Source: Abditibacteriaceae bacterium
GTDB lineage: Bacteria; Armatimonadota; Abditibacteriia; Abditibacteriales; Abditibacteriaceae
Direction of reading: 5' to 3'
Length of the DNA stretch: 64,000 bases
NCBI GenBank assembly: GCA_965277285.1
Contig: OZ255721.1
Location: 2,464,001-2,528,000, forward strand
A program made the position numbers and the translations under genes. Below are positions 1-9,787 of the stretch, one piece after another. Positions within the stretch are counted from its first letter, which is position 1; each line of letters opens with the position of its first letter. Below the pieces are notes generated by a model. The model did no database searches and had not been told where the DNA came from. It saw only the letters and a list, made by a program, of their open reading frames with translations.

Positions 1-2
1 TT

Positions 3-1034
3 CAACCATCGTTTCATGCCTCGCATTTCGAGCGTTTGTCCTCGAGTACTCGACATGCCACGGCGGACATGCTGCAACAATGGCAAGCCGATTATGGCGA
101 CGGCGATCAGATCGATTTCGATGTCGAAATGTCGAAATTGGCGCGCCAAAGCGTCGGGCAAACCGTCGTTGGCGAAGACGTTCAGCACGAATTTCAAAAC
201 GCTCTGGACACAGCGGGCGGCAAATTGGGATTGCTGCTGGGCAATTTCGGGCTGGAAAAGAAGAACCCGCGCTTTCGCCAGGCGGTTCGAGTGCTCGATA
301 AGCGGGTTTACGGCGTCATCGCAGCACGCCGCAAAACCTTGCAGGAAAATCCTGACGCTGCGCCCGCCGACATTCTTTCGACCTTGATTTTGGCGCGCGA
401 CAAAGACAGCGGCGAAGGCATGAACGACAAGCAACTGCGCGACGAATTAATCACCCTGCTGCTGGCTGGCTATGACACGACATCGCGCACTTTGACTTGG
501 GTTTTTTATTCGCTGGCGCAGAATCCGGCGGTTGAACAACGTTTTCACCAGGAATTGAGCGAAGTTCTGGGTGGACGCGCGCCGGCGTATGAAGACTTGT
601 CACAACTGAAATACACGTCGCTGGTCATTCAAGAAACGATGCGTTTGCTGCCGCCTAACCCAATCATTGCGCGCCAGGCTGTGGCCGACGACAACATCGG
701 TGGTTTCCATATTAAGGCCGGTACGGTAATCGCGCTGAGTCAATATCTCACGCATCGCCACGAAGATCATTGGCATGACGCCGATAAGTTCGAGCCGGAG
801 CGTTTTTCGCCCGAAGGCGCGCAAGGGCGCCATCGTTTCGCTTATTTTCCGTTTGGCGGCGGCCCGCGCCAGTGCATCGGCAAAGGCATGGCCATGATGA
901 ACGTCTCACTTGCAATGGCCGCAATTGCACAAAAATATCAAATTCGACTCTTACCAAATAAAGCAGTCAAGTTCGGTATTGAAGTGACGCTGCAACCGCG
1001 CGATGGACTGCCCATGAGCTTACATTCGCGCTAA
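3..1034 (+). CDS. Cytochrome P450 (5' end lies outside the window)
   Basis: I-helix AGYDTT, ExxR (ETMR), PERF and heme motif FGGGPRQCIG. The frame is open back to position 3. Confidence 0.95.
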   Translation, partial: QPSFHASHFERLSSSTRHATADMLQQWQADYGDGDQIDFDVEMSKLARQSVGQTVVGEDVQHEFQNALDTAGGKLGLLLGNFGLEKKNPRFRQAVRVLDKRVYGVIAARRKTLQENPDAAPADILSTLILARDKDSGEGMNDKQLRDELITLLLAGYDTTSRTLTWVFYSLAQNPAVEQRFHQELSEVLGGRAPAYEDLSQLKYTSLVIQETMRLLPPNPIIARQAVADDNIGGFHIKAGTVIALSQYLTHRHEDHWHDADKFEPERFSPEGAQGRHRFAYFPFGGGPRQCIGKGMAMMNVSLAMAAIAQKYQIRLLPNKAVKFGIEVTLQPRDGLPMSLHSR

Positions 1035-1048
1035 GTTCGTTAACCGTT

Positions 1049-1086
1049 CACAGAACGCCTATCGAGTACTCGATAGGCGTTCTGTG
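1049..1086. terminator. Perfect 38-bp palindrome between convergent genes, centred on the iterated palindrome
   Basis: cacagaacgcct-atcgagtactcgat-aggcgttctgtg lies between the P450 stop (1034) and the stop of the minus-strand ORF (1106). There is no strong U-tract, so the terminator role is inferred. Confidence 0.55.
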
Positions 1087-1105
1087 CGTTTGCGGTTCAG
1101 CCAGA

Positions 1106-1504
1106 CTAAGCGGAAAGCTGCGGTTTTTTCGGGTGCGACAAAGGCCAATGCCAGACAAAATAAGCGGCTATTGCGCCCGTGGAAAAAGCCACGACATCCC
1201 ACGGATCGGCGGCGCCGCGATGCAAGAAATGCGGCGCGAACCACTTGAAAAACAGCGACCAAAAAACGAGATGAAAGCCGACTTCACCGATTGTCGGCGG
1301 CAAGTCGTGAAGCCTCAATTTCAATTGGCGTTGAATCCATAACAAAGGCGGCAAGGCGCACGGAATGGTGAAACAATCGTTGAAGTGCCAGAAGAAAAAG
1401 CGCGGCGCGTGCACGAAATGCGCTTTTACCACGTATTGATTGATCAAAAACGCGGCGCACGAAACGAGAAATAAGGGATCGCGCCAATAACGAAAACGGC
1501 TCAT
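1106..1504 (-). CDS. Hypothetical membrane protein
   Basis: 132 aa with several hydrophobic segments. TACAAT lies 6 nt before the ATG. Confidence 0.75.
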   Translation of the reverse strand: MSRFRYWRDPLFLVSCAAFLINQYVVKAHFVHAPRFFFWHFNDCFTIPCALPPLLWIQRQLKLRLHDLPPTIGEVGFHLVFWSLFFKWFAPHFLHRGAADPWDVVAFSTGAIAAYFVWHWPLSHPKKPQLSA

Positions 1505-1595
1505 AAAAGTATTGTAGGTTCAGAATGTGTGGAGAAAGTGGACGAAACGCCACGACACTAAGAATTTGTGGCAGTGGCTCGATGCGCGAGTTGCT

Positions 1596-1684
1596 TAACG
1601 AACCCTGAGCGTGAGCGACGGGCTGACATAACAACCCAATGTACTTGTCAAGTTTCGCCCGTCGCTCACGCTCAGGGTTCGTTA
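1596..1684. repeat. REP-like inverted repeat, family A (aacgaaccc-gagcg-agcgacgggc)
   Basis: Arms at 1596-1623 and 1657-1684. Related copies at 34652, 39208, 54786 and 59962. Confidence 0.85.
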
Positions 1685-1969
1685 GGTGCCTGTCAGTGCG
1701 AAACTGTCCGCAAACTTCACCAATGAAGCCACCACTTTGTCGTTCTGACTGGTGGTTTCGTGGTGTTTTGCCTACTTTCTCTGCACATTTAACTGCGCGC
1801 AAAATGGGTTTTCTGAGACATTGAAGGCGGTATGCAGAAAATTCCTATTTCGAGTACTCGATTGCAGCCAAAAGAGTTCAGCTCAGCATCAACATGACGC
1901 CAGCGCCGGCCAGCGCAATCGCGCCTTTGGCGAGGGTTTGCCAGTTCAAATACTTCTTCAAATGCAGTT

Positions 1970-3892
1970 TCATCGTTTGTCCTTATGAATTTCGCGGCGA
2001 AGTTTTCGTCGCAGATGTTTGGGATGTTTCAAGCGAATCGTGCGCGCCGATTCATGGTTTTCGCGCAGGCGCCTTCCGTGCGCTGACAACAAATCGCCGC
2101 GCGTCAGAATACCAACAATTTTTTCCGGCTCATTGCGCGCAACGCACAGCACGCGCCCAACGCCTTCGCGCGTCATCACGTCCGCCGCCTGGCGCAACGA
2201 GTTGTCATCGTAAACGCAGATTGGCGCGCGCTTCACCAATTCGCGGACGCGTCGCGCGTCGCTTTCGTGAGGATTGAGCAAATCACGGCGCGTTACAACA
2301 CCAATTGTGTCGTTATTCTCATCAATTACGGGAAAACCTTGATGATGCGATTGCACATTCCCTGACGACAACCAATCGCGCACTTCTTTTAACGTGTCAG
2401 AAGCCGCCAGCGTCACCAAATTTTTCGACGCAATTTCGCCCGCGCGAATTTGTTCCAGCGGATCAATCGAGTACTCGGAAGGCGCGCGCGTGCCTCGTCG
2501 CTCGATTTTTTCAGTCATAATCGTGTTGCGCATCAACAAGCACGACACCAAATAAGCCGCCGTGCAACCGCCCAAAAGCGGCAGCAAAGCCATCGGTTGT
2601 TGCGTCGTTTCAAAGGCGAATACGACCGAAGTCAGCAAAGCGCGCGAAGCTCCCGCAAAAATCGCCGCCATGCCGACCAATGCCGCAACGCGTGCATCAA
2701 TGCCGAACTGTGGGAACAGCATCGCCGCCCAACCGCCCAGAAACGAACCCAGTCCGCCGCCAATAGTAAACAAAGGCGCCAGCGTTCCGCCCGAAGTGCC
2801 GCTACCCAGCGCAATCGACCACGAAATCAGCTTCATCACGCACAAAAACAAGACGGCGCGCCCGACTAATTCGCCGTTCACCATTTGCTCGATGTTGTTG
2901 TAGCCAATGCCCAAAGTGCGCGGCGCGAACAATCCGATGACGCCGACCACAACGCCGCCAATCGCTGGCCACCACATCCAATGAATCGGCAAATGCTCGA
3001 ACGCATCTTCCACCGCATACGCCCACTTAGTGACGCCGACCGCGAACAATCCCATCAAAGCGCCCAGCACGACATAAAACACCAATCCAGTACTCGAAAT
3101 CGGATGCAAAGTCGGCATCGCAAAAACAGGTTTAGTGCCGACCAACAAGGCGCGCATTCCCGCCGCCGTCACCGACGCCAAAGCCACAGGAATCACCGAA
3201 CGCGCGCGAAACTCGAACAACAACAATTCAATCGCCAGAATAACTGCGGAAACCGGCGAGCCGAAAATCGCGCTCATGCCCGCCGCCGCGCCCGCCGCCA
3301 GTAAAATCTTGCGCTCGGTCGCCGTCGTGTGCAAAAGTTGCCCGACCAGCGAACCCATCGCGCCGCCAGTTGCGATAATCGGCCCTTCGGCGCCAAAAGG
3401 CCCACCCGTTCCAATCGCAATCGCCGACGCCACAGGCTTCAAAATCGTCAGGCGCGGCGCGATGCGGCTTTCGTTGGTCAGCACCTGCTCCATCGCTTCG
3501 GGAATGCCGTGACCGCGAATCGCGCGCGAACCATAACGCGCCATGATTCCCACCACAATTCCGCCCGCCGCAGGAACCAAAACTGCCCACAAACCCAAAT
3601 GGTTTTGCGCGGGCGAAGCGAAAGACGTGGAAAAACGACCGTAGTAAGCCGCGTTCGTCACCAAACCGATCAAAGCCGTCAAAGCCTGCGCTACCAATGC
3701 CGCCGCGACAGCAACGCCAATCGCCAGCGCGCTCAAAAACAAAACGCGCCCATCCACCAGCGCCGTTTCAGACGGCAAATGCGAATCTCCTAACCCGTCG
3801 CGCAACGAAAACGTAATCCGCTGTCCGCGACTTTCCGCGCCTTGTTCAACAACCTTCACGTCGCCCATTTTGCCGCTCGCTGTCCCATTCAC
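1970..3892 (-). CDS. CLC-family chloride channel/antiporter with C-terminal CBS pair
   Basis: CLC signature variants GHGIPE, GAEGP and GGTLAP, many TM helices, two CBS domains. Confidence 0.93.
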   Translation of the reverse strand: MNGTASGKMGDVKVVEQGAESRGQRITFSLRDGLGDSHLPSETALVDGRVLFLSALAIGVAVAAALVAQALTALIGLVTNAAYYGRFSTSFASPAQNHLGLWAVLVPAAGGIVVGIMARYGSRAIRGHGIPEAMEQVLTNESRIAPRLTILKPVASAIAIGTGGPFGAEGPIIATGGAMGSLVGQLLHTTATERKILLAAGAAAGMSAIFGSPVSAVILAIELLLFEFRARSVIPVALASVTAAGMRALLVGTKPVFAMPTLHPISSTGLVFYVVLGALMGLFAVGVTKWAYAVEDAFEHLPIHWMWWPAIGGVVVGVIGLFAPRTLGIGYNNIEQMVNGELVGRAVLFLCVMKLISWSIALGSGTSGGTLAPLFTIGGGLGSFLGGWAAMLFPQFGIDARVAALVGMAAIFAGASRALLTSVVFAFETTQQPMALLPLLGGCTAAYLVSCLLMRNTIMTEKIERRGTRAPSEYSIDPLEQIRAGEIASKNLVTLAASDTLKEVRDWLSSGNVQSHHQGFPVIDENNDTIGVVTRRDLLNPHESDARRVRELVKRAPICVYDDNSLRQAADVMTREGVGRVLCVARNEPEKIVGILTRGDLLSAHGRRLRENHESARTIRLKHPKHLRRKLRREIHKDKR

Positions 3893-4026
3893 ATAATTCG
3901 CAAAAAACCACGCTCAAGCTAAACTTGGATCGCAACACGCCGCCAATCGAGTACTCGATTGCGCCAAACCTCAATTTATTATATCGTGTTGCGATACAAA
4001 TACAAGGCGTGAGAACTGGAAAAGCC

Positions 4027-4470
4027 ATGAAAAAGGGGAAGTCGCTGAGCAAAAAGGATTACGAAGCGTTGGCGAGTTTTCGTCGCGCGTTGCGCAAGTT
4101 TTTGCATTTTGCGGAAGAGAGTGCGCGAACGGCGGGCTTGACGGCGCAGCAGCATCAGCTTTTGCTGGCGATAAAAGGGCAAAGCGGGCGCGATTGGGCG
4201 AGCGTTTCCGAATTGGCGCACGCTCTTTTGCTGAGCCATCACGCGGCAGTCGGCCTGGTGGATCGCTGTGAAAAAGCCAGTTTGGTGCGGCGCGAAAGCG
4301 ATCTCATAGATCGTCGCCAGGTTCGTGTCTCCTTGACGGAATCGGGCGAAAACGTTTTGGCGAGTTTGTCAGAGCGCAACCGCGATGAACTGCGCGCGTT
4401 GCGTCAAGCACTCGATTTGTCGTTTTTGGAAAGCGTGACGCAAGCGCAAGAAGAAGCGCAAACGAAATGA
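4027..4470 (+). CDS. MarR-family transcriptional regulator, divergent from the CLC gene
   Basis: GLTAQQHQLLLAI and LVRR-DxxDRRxVxVxLT wHTH motifs. ATG at 4027 is preferred over the upstream TTG. Confidence 0.9.
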   Translation: MKKGKSLSKKDYEALASFRRALRKFLHFAEESARTAGLTAQQHQLLLAIKGQSGRDWASVSELAHALLLSHHAAVGLVDRCEKASLVRRESDLIDRRQVRVSLTESGENVLASLSERNRDELRALRQALDLSFLESVTQAQEEAQTK

Positions 4471-4545
4471 TGTTGGTGCGTTCCGGTTCGTTTTCTGTGC
4501 ATAAACGGATGTTCGAGTACTCGCAATAACAATTTTCAGGTACAA

Positions 4546-4582
4546 AAAAGTGCCGCCGATAAATAAAATCGGCGGCACTTTT
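4546..4582. terminator. Bidirectional intrinsic terminator
   Basis: aaaagtgccgccgat-N7-atcggcggcactttt between convergent genes. Confidence 0.85.
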
Positions 4583-4614
4583 GGTTGAACGACAAGGAAC
4601 TGCAATGGCGACGA

Positions 4615-5526
4615 TTAGATATTGCGGCGCGCGTTAATGTCGGTTGTGGTTGTCGCTGTGGAGTCGTCAATGTCGACGCGTTCTTTGCGCACGGTGTCAC
4701 TGACAGTCTGCTGTTCGGTGGTGCGCGTCTTGCCGATTTCGATTTCTTCGACAACGTGCGGTGTCTTGGTCACGGTGACTGTTTCTTCCATCACGGGAAC
4801 GCGCAAAACTTCGTCGCCGCCCAAAGTTGTTTCGCCAGGAGCGAGGTCACGGTCAACGGCGTGACGCGTCACGACAACTTCTTCACGCGAGACTTCAACC
4901 GGAATGTTGACTTGTTCGGTCACAACTTCTTTGTGAACTTGCACTTCGCCGGCTTGGTGCGCCTGCTTTTCTACGTTGAGCTGTTCTTCCATCACGGGAA
5001 CGCGAATCGTGTCGCGGTCGGTGAGGTCAGTTGTCGCACGAGCATTCAAATCTTCGTTGAGGTTGGTGTTCATGGTAGTTCTCGCGTTCGGCGTTCCAGC
5101 GTCCAAAGCCGCGATATCGTTTCCGAGGCCTGTAGTTGCGTAGTCATGGCGTGTCGTGTCAGTTGTTCCCAGAATGCGTTCAGCTGTGGAAGGCTGATTC
5201 GCGTACTCGTTGTTCACGTATTCGGTGTTGGTTGTACTTCCAACGGCGGGAGTTACGCCGTCGCCGACGCCCGAAACGGTGTTGTCATTGTCGACGGCAT
5301 CGACGGCTGCGACGCCTGCACCACTGGCAAGTGCGCCAGCGACTGCGCCAATGACAGCGCCAATTGGTCCACCGGCCAGCGCGCCGACAGCAGCTCCGCC
5401 CAAACCGCCCAGCAAAGCGCCTTTTCCGGCATCGCCATGCGGATTGTCGTCAATTCCATGTTGCACGCCGTCGCCTTGAACGCCAGCGTTTTGAACGTTA
5501 TCACGTTCGATATTGTCGTTAGTCAT
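4615..5526 (-). CDS. YsnF/AvaK (DUF2382) domain protein with glycine-zipper N-region
   Basis: Repeated IRVPVMEEQLNVEK / LRVPVMEETVTVTK and a TVRKERVDI motif. SD GGAG upstream. Confidence 0.9.
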   Translation of the reverse strand: MTNDNIERDNVQNAGVQGDGVQHGIDDNPHGDAGKGALLGGLGGAAVGALAGGPIGAVIGAVAGALASGAGVAAVDAVDNDNTVSGVGDGVTPAVGSTTNTEYVNNEYANQPSTAERILGTTDTTRHDYATTGLGNDIAALDAGTPNARTTMNTNLNEDLNARATTDLTDRDTIRVPVMEEQLNVEKQAHQAGEVQVHKEVVTEQVNIPVEVSREEVVVTRHAVDRDLAPGETTLGGDEVLRVPVMEETVTVTKTPHVVEEIEIGKTRTTEQQTVSDTVRKERVDIDDSTATTTTDINARRNI

Positions 5527-5589
5527 TTTCCCAACTCCTGTGTTGTGCTGCGCGAACGTTTAATTAGTTCGCCGTCAAACGCGAGAGTT

Positions 5590-5606
5590 TGCAAGTGCCA
5601 AGCCAA
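5590..5606 (-). promoter_or_regulatory. Possible sigma54 (-24/-12) promoter of the YsnF-domain gene
   Basis: Minus strand reads TTGGCTTGGCACTTGCA (GG-N10-GC), about 65 nt upstream of the start. Confidence 0.4.
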
Positions 5607-5654
5607 GAGATGGTTAAACTGGGTTTTTACGGTATTAAAGTTCGAGACTTTTTT

Positions 5655-6575
5655 ATGAACCACAACCAACGCTTCGATATTTTAGGTTTGGGATGTTGCA
5701 CCGTCGATGATTTGCTTTATATCGAAGCGTTTCCCGCGCCTGATTCCAAAGTTCGAGTACTCGAACGCGTTCGCAGCAGCGGTGGTTTAACCGCTTCGGC
5801 TTTGGTCGCTGCGTCGCGTCTGGGCGCGCATTGCGCTTATGCCGCACAGTTGGGATTTGATGATCTGTCAAACTTTGTCGCCCAAAGTTTGCAGCGCGAA
5901 AACGTTGATTTATCGCACATCGCCTGGAATGAACACGCTCAACCAATTCATTCGACAATCCTCGTTGATACGACGGCTCACACGCGCACCATTTTATGGA
6001 GCAAAAACGGCGCGACCGGCGCGCACGACGCACTTCCAGATGAAGAAGTTATTGGTTCGTGCCGCGTGCTTTTCCTCGATCATTACGGAACGACAGGCAG
6101 CATTCGCGCGGCGAAAATCGCGCGACAAAATCAAATTCCCGTCGTCGCCGATCTAGAACGCGACAACGTTCCACGGTTCGGCGAATTATTAGCATTCGTC
6201 GATCATTTAATAATTTCCCAACGTTTCGCGCTTCATTTGACGAAAACCAATTCGCCGCAAAACGCCATTCGAGTACTCGTTTCCGGTCGTCAAGCGGTTG
6301 TTGTGACGTGCGGCGAAAACGGCTGCTGGTTCGCCTCATGCGAAGATCAAACGCCGCGCTATTCTCCGGCTTTCGCGGTAAAAACCCTTGATTCAACAGG
6401 TTGCGGCGACATTTTTCACGGCGCGTATGCGTGTGAACTGGCGCGCGGCGAAAGATTAGAAAGTCGCGTGCGTTTCGCAGCGGCTGCGGCAGCCATCAAA
6501 GCGACGCGGCGCGGCGTGCAAAGCGGCGCACCAACGCGATTAGAAGTCGAAGCGTTTTTGGAAGAGCGAGTTTGA
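5655..6575 (+). CDS. PfkB-family carbohydrate kinase
   Basis: N-terminal GG-x-A-S-A-L-V-A-A-S-R-L-G and C-terminal DSTGCGDIFHGA signature. Confidence 0.93.
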   Translation: MNHNQRFDILGLGCCTVDDLLYIEAFPAPDSKVRVLERVRSSGGLTASALVAASRLGAHCAYAAQLGFDDLSNFVAQSLQRENVDLSHIAWNEHAQPIHSTILVDTTAHTRTILWSKNGATGAHDALPDEEVIGSCRVLFLDHYGTTGSIRAAKIARQNQIPVVADLERDNVPRFGELLAFVDHLIISQRFALHLTKTNSPQNAIRVLVSGRQAVVVTCGENGCWFASCEDQTPRYSPAFAVKTLDSTGCGDIFHGAYACELARGERLESRVRFAAAAAAIKATRRGVQSGAPTRLEVEAFLEERV

Positions 6576-6656
6576 ACGTCAGATGTTGAACCTCAGATAA
6601 CGAGTACTCGAAACCAAGACGTTCTCTGCTCACTTCAATCGGTTAAAATGGGACGC

Positions 6657-7319
6657 ATGAGTTTTTTGCACAACTTGCTGAATCCACAAACGCTGGCCAA
6701 CGGCGGCTATGCTTTGTTATTTTTGATTGTCTTTGCCGAAACCGGCCTTTTAATCGGCTTTTTTCTGCCTGGCGATTCGTTGTTGTTTGTGGCCGGTGCT
6801 CTGGCGGCTGTTTCCGCGACCAGTCATTTGAACATCGCCGTGCTTATTCCTTTGCTGTCTGTCGCGGCCATTTCCGGCGACGCCGTGGGTTATCTGATCG
6901 GGCGCAAGTTGGGGCCAGCGTTGTTTTCGCGCGAAGATTCAAAGTTGTTCAAGCGCGCGCATCTGCTAAAAACGCAAGCGTTCTACGAAAAGCACGGCCC
7001 AAAAACCATCGTTATGGCGCGTTTTGTGCCGATTGTGCGCACCTTTGCGCCAACTGTTGCGGGCGCGGCTGAAATGGATTACAAAACTTTCGTCACGTAT
7101 AACGCTCTGGGCGGTATCGGCTGGGTTACGCTGTCGTGCTTGCTCGGCTATTTTCTGGGCAACATTCCAATCGTCAAAAACAATTTCGAGAAAGCTGTCA
7201 TTGGAATTGTGCTGCTTTCCTTGCTGCCGATTTTCATTCACTGGCTGCAAGAACGTAAATCGAAAAACAGCGAAAACGCCGCTTTGAACGCGACAACTAC
7301 GGTCGCTGAAGAAAAATGA
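6657..7319 (+). CDS. DedA/VTT-family membrane protein
   Basis: FAETGLLIGFFLPGDSLL and ARFVPIVRTFAP motifs. Confidence 0.95.
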   Translation: MSFLHNLLNPQTLANGGYALLFLIVFAETGLLIGFFLPGDSLLFVAGALAAVSATSHLNIAVLIPLLSVAAISGDAVGYLIGRKLGPALFSREDSKLFKRAHLLKTQAFYEKHGPKTIVMARFVPIVRTFAPTVAGAAEMDYKTFVTYNALGGIGWVTLSCLLGYFLGNIPIVKNNFEKAVIGIVLLSLLPIFIHWLQERKSKNSENAALNATTTVAEEK

Positions 7320-7331
7320 GTTGACTTTGAG

Positions 7332-7360
7332 TTGCACTCGCAGCGGCTGGCCGCTATAAT
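7332..7360 (+). promoter_or_regulatory. Sigma70-type promoter
   Basis: TTGCAC-N17-TATAAT upstream of the small basic ORF and rsmI. Confidence 0.65.
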
Positions 7361-7472
7361 GAACGGTCGCGGCTGCGCCGATTCACTATTTTGAGGATTC
7401 AATTCGAGTACTCGAAATATGGGCGCGCCCTCGTTTTATCTTTAATTCCCACGGTTTGATGAAGGAGACGTT

Positions 7473-7571
7473 TTGAGTTCCGATAAGAAAAAGCACAAGC
7501 GCAAAGTCAAGACACACTGGGCCAAAAAGCGCCGCCGCGCCCAGAAAGCCCAACGTCGTCGCGGACGGTAA
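7473..7571 (+). CDS. 32-aa very basic peptide, bS22/AURKAIP1-COX24-like ribosomal protein candidate (missing from the ORF track)
   Basis: SD AAGGAG then TTG. Sequence MSSDKKKHKRKVKTHWAKKRRRAQKAQRRRGR*. Confidence 0.7.
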   Translation: MSSDKKKHKRKVKTHWAKKRRRAQKAQRRRGR

Positions 7572-7576
7572 GCAGT

Positions 7577-7685
7577 AATGATGAGTGATGAAGACGGAAC
7601 GATGAATTAAAAAGCCGAACTCGAACACCACAGTTGGAGTTTCGAGTACTCGATATTCATCATTCCGTATTCATCACTCATCATT
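7577..7685. repeat. Heptamer-based inverted repeat enclosing a palindrome copy
   Basis: aatgatgagtgatgaagacggaacgatgaat pairs with attcatcattccgtattcatcactcatcatt. Confidence 0.8.
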
Positions 7686-7690
7686 TTTAT

Positions 7691-8401
7691 ATGCCTTTAT
7701 TTGTTTGCGCGACACCGCTTGGCAACCTCGAAGACGTTTCGTTGCGCTTGCTGGCGACGTTGCGCGAGGCGGATTTGATCGTGGCCGAAGATACGCGCCA
7801 CACGCAGCGTTTGCTGGCGCGCCACGACATCCATACGCCTCTCGCGTCGTGCCACGCGCACACGCATCCCGCAAAAATCCAATCCCTGGCCGACAAACTT
7901 GTCGAAGGCCAAACGCTGGCACTCGTCACCGATGCGGGAACACCCGGCATTTCCGATCCCGGGCCGCCGCTTGTTCTCGCCGCCGCCGCGCGTGGCATTT
8001 CGGTGCAGCCGATTCCTGGCCCATGCGCGCTCGTTGCCGCACTTTCGGTTTCCGGTTTCGACGCGCAACGTTTTTCCTTTGTCGGATTTTTGCCACGCAA
8101 ACCTGGCAAGCGCCGCAAGGCTCTGCAGGAATCTCTTGCACGTAACGAAACCGTCGTGCTGTACGAATCGCCGTATCGCGTACTCGATGTGCTGGATGAC
8201 ATCGCGGGTTTCGCACCGACGGCGCCCGTTGTCGTGTGCCGCGAACTGACCAAAAAGTTCGAGGAAACCTTGCGCGGAAACTCCCTTGAATGCGCCGCAC
8301 AATTGCGCAATCGCAAAGAAGTTTTAGGCGAATTCGTCGTTGTTATTGGTTCGACAACACTTGTCGCAAACCCCGAAATAGATTCTGAAGGAATAACGTA
8401 A
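7691..8401 (+). CDS. rsmI: 16S rRNA (cytidine1402-2'-O)-methyltransferase
   Basis: ATPLGNLEDVS, AEDTR, DAGTPGISDPG, YESPYR and RELTKKFEE motifs. Confidence 0.96.
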   Translation: MPLFVCATPLGNLEDVSLRLLATLREADLIVAEDTRHTQRLLARHDIHTPLASCHAHTHPAKIQSLADKLVEGQTLALVTDAGTPGISDPGPPLVLAAAARGISVQPIPGPCALVAALSVSGFDAQRFSFVGFLPRKPGKRRKALQESLARNETVVLYESPYRVLDVLDDIAGFAPTAPVVVCRELTKKFEETLRGNSLECAAQLRNRKEVLGEFVVVIGSTTLVANPEIDSEGIT

Positions 8402-8646
8402 GCCGATTTACTGTTCTTTTGGCTGCATTTGTCGCCGCATCGAGTACTCGATTGCGGTTTTGACTGCTGTCTGAAGGCCGCTTTTGCGGTGAGTTGCAAC
8501 GCCTGCGCGTGCCTGTCAAAATGGGAAAAATTCACTACCATTAAATTTCAACACGGCAAATCGCCTTCAAATTCTTCCGTTGTTGTGCTACATCGTTGAA
8601 TTTTATTCTCGAGGATATTCCACAGGTTTCCTCTCCATCGCTCACC

Positions 8647-9780
8647 ATGACTAACACATCACGTCCTTCCTCATCGCCCACCGCGCGCTCCACGCAGAAA
8701 TCGAACAATGGCTTGATTGACCCGAACGCGACTGCAGAAACCGTCGCCTTGTTTCACAACTTGCGAAACCTGTCTGCCAAGCATGTTTTGTTCGGTCATC
8801 AGCACGCGATGGAATATGGTCATGGCTGGACAGGCGACGAAGATCGTTCCGATGTGAAATCTGTCACGGGTTCACATCCCGCCGTCATTGGCGTTGATTT
8901 CAGCGATTTGTCCGGTCGCCCAAAAAAGCAAATTGAGAAAAACAAAGAGCTTCTCCAAAAACAAATTGTCGACACATACAATCGCGGCGGCGTAGTAACA
9001 GCCGCCTGGCACTTCAACAATCCCGTGACTGACACCAGCTTCTACTGGAAAAAGGGCGTTTCGGCTCCAGCGGTCAAAAACATCATTCCTGGTGGTTCTC
9101 ATCACGAGCAGTACAAAGAGATTTTGCGTACTCTGGCCGATCTGGCGCACTCAGTCACAGGCGAAGATGGCACTTTGGCGCCGCTGATTTTTCGCCCTTA
9201 TCACGAGTTCGATGGCAACTGGTTTTGGTGGGGCAAGGCGCATTGCACCAAGAAAGAGTTCATCGCGCTGTGGCGTTTCACCGTTGCTTACCTGCGCGAT
9301 GAACTGCAAGTTCACAACTTCCTGTACGCATTTTCGCCGGATTGTTTATTTCAGACGGAAAAAGAATTTCTGGCGCGTTATCCTGGTGATAAATGGGTCG
9401 ATATGGTCGGCATGGACGATTACGCCGACTTCGGGCGCGACGATAAATACGATCTCAAAGCTGGCATCGCCAAACTGAAGATCGTTTCCGATTATGCCGA
9501 GCGCGCCGGAAAGTTGGCCGCCTTCACCGAAACCGGACTGGAATCGCTTCCCAACCCGACATGGTGGACGAAAACGCTGCTCAAAGCCTTGAAAACCAAA
9601 GGCTTGAAGCTGTGCTACGTCCTGGTATGGCGCAACGATTCGCAAAGCCCGACACACTATTACGCGCCTTACCCCGGACACGCCAACGTGCCCGATTTCC
9701 TGCGCTTTCACGAAGACTCGTTCATACTTTTTGAAAATAGCTTAAAGGATTTAGCTTCGTTGTACAAAATGAAGGAGTGA
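8647..9780 (+). CDS. GH26 beta-mannanase
   Basis: FRPYHEFDGNWFWWG acid/base motif, YPGDKWVD, and AFTETG nucleophile. Confidence 0.92.
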   Translation: MTNTSRPSSSPTARSTQKSNNGLIDPNATAETVALFHNLRNLSAKHVLFGHQHAMEYGHGWTGDEDRSDVKSVTGSHPAVIGVDFSDLSGRPKKQIEKNKELLQKQIVDTYNRGGVVTAAWHFNNPVTDTSFYWKKGVSAPAVKNIIPGGSHHEQYKEILRTLADLAHSVTGEDGTLAPLIFRPYHEFDGNWFWWGKAHCTKKEFIALWRFTVAYLRDELQVHNFLYAFSPDCLFQTEKEFLARYPGDKWVDMVGMDDYADFGRDDKYDLKAGIAKLKIVSDYAERAGKLAAFTETGLESLPNPTWWTKTLLKALKTKGLKLCYVLVWRNDSQSPTHYYAPYPGHANVPDFLRFHEDSFILFENSLKDLASLYKMKE

Positions 9781-9787
9781 TTTGATT

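Noticed and set aside
3893..4026. Fluoride riboswitch upstream of the CLC gene
   Set aside because: No GGCGAUGG-type consensus seen, and the CLC lacks the CLC-F GNNLI motif.
4585..5658. 357-aa plus-strand ORF
   Set aside because: Antisense shadow of the YsnF-domain gene with no motifs.
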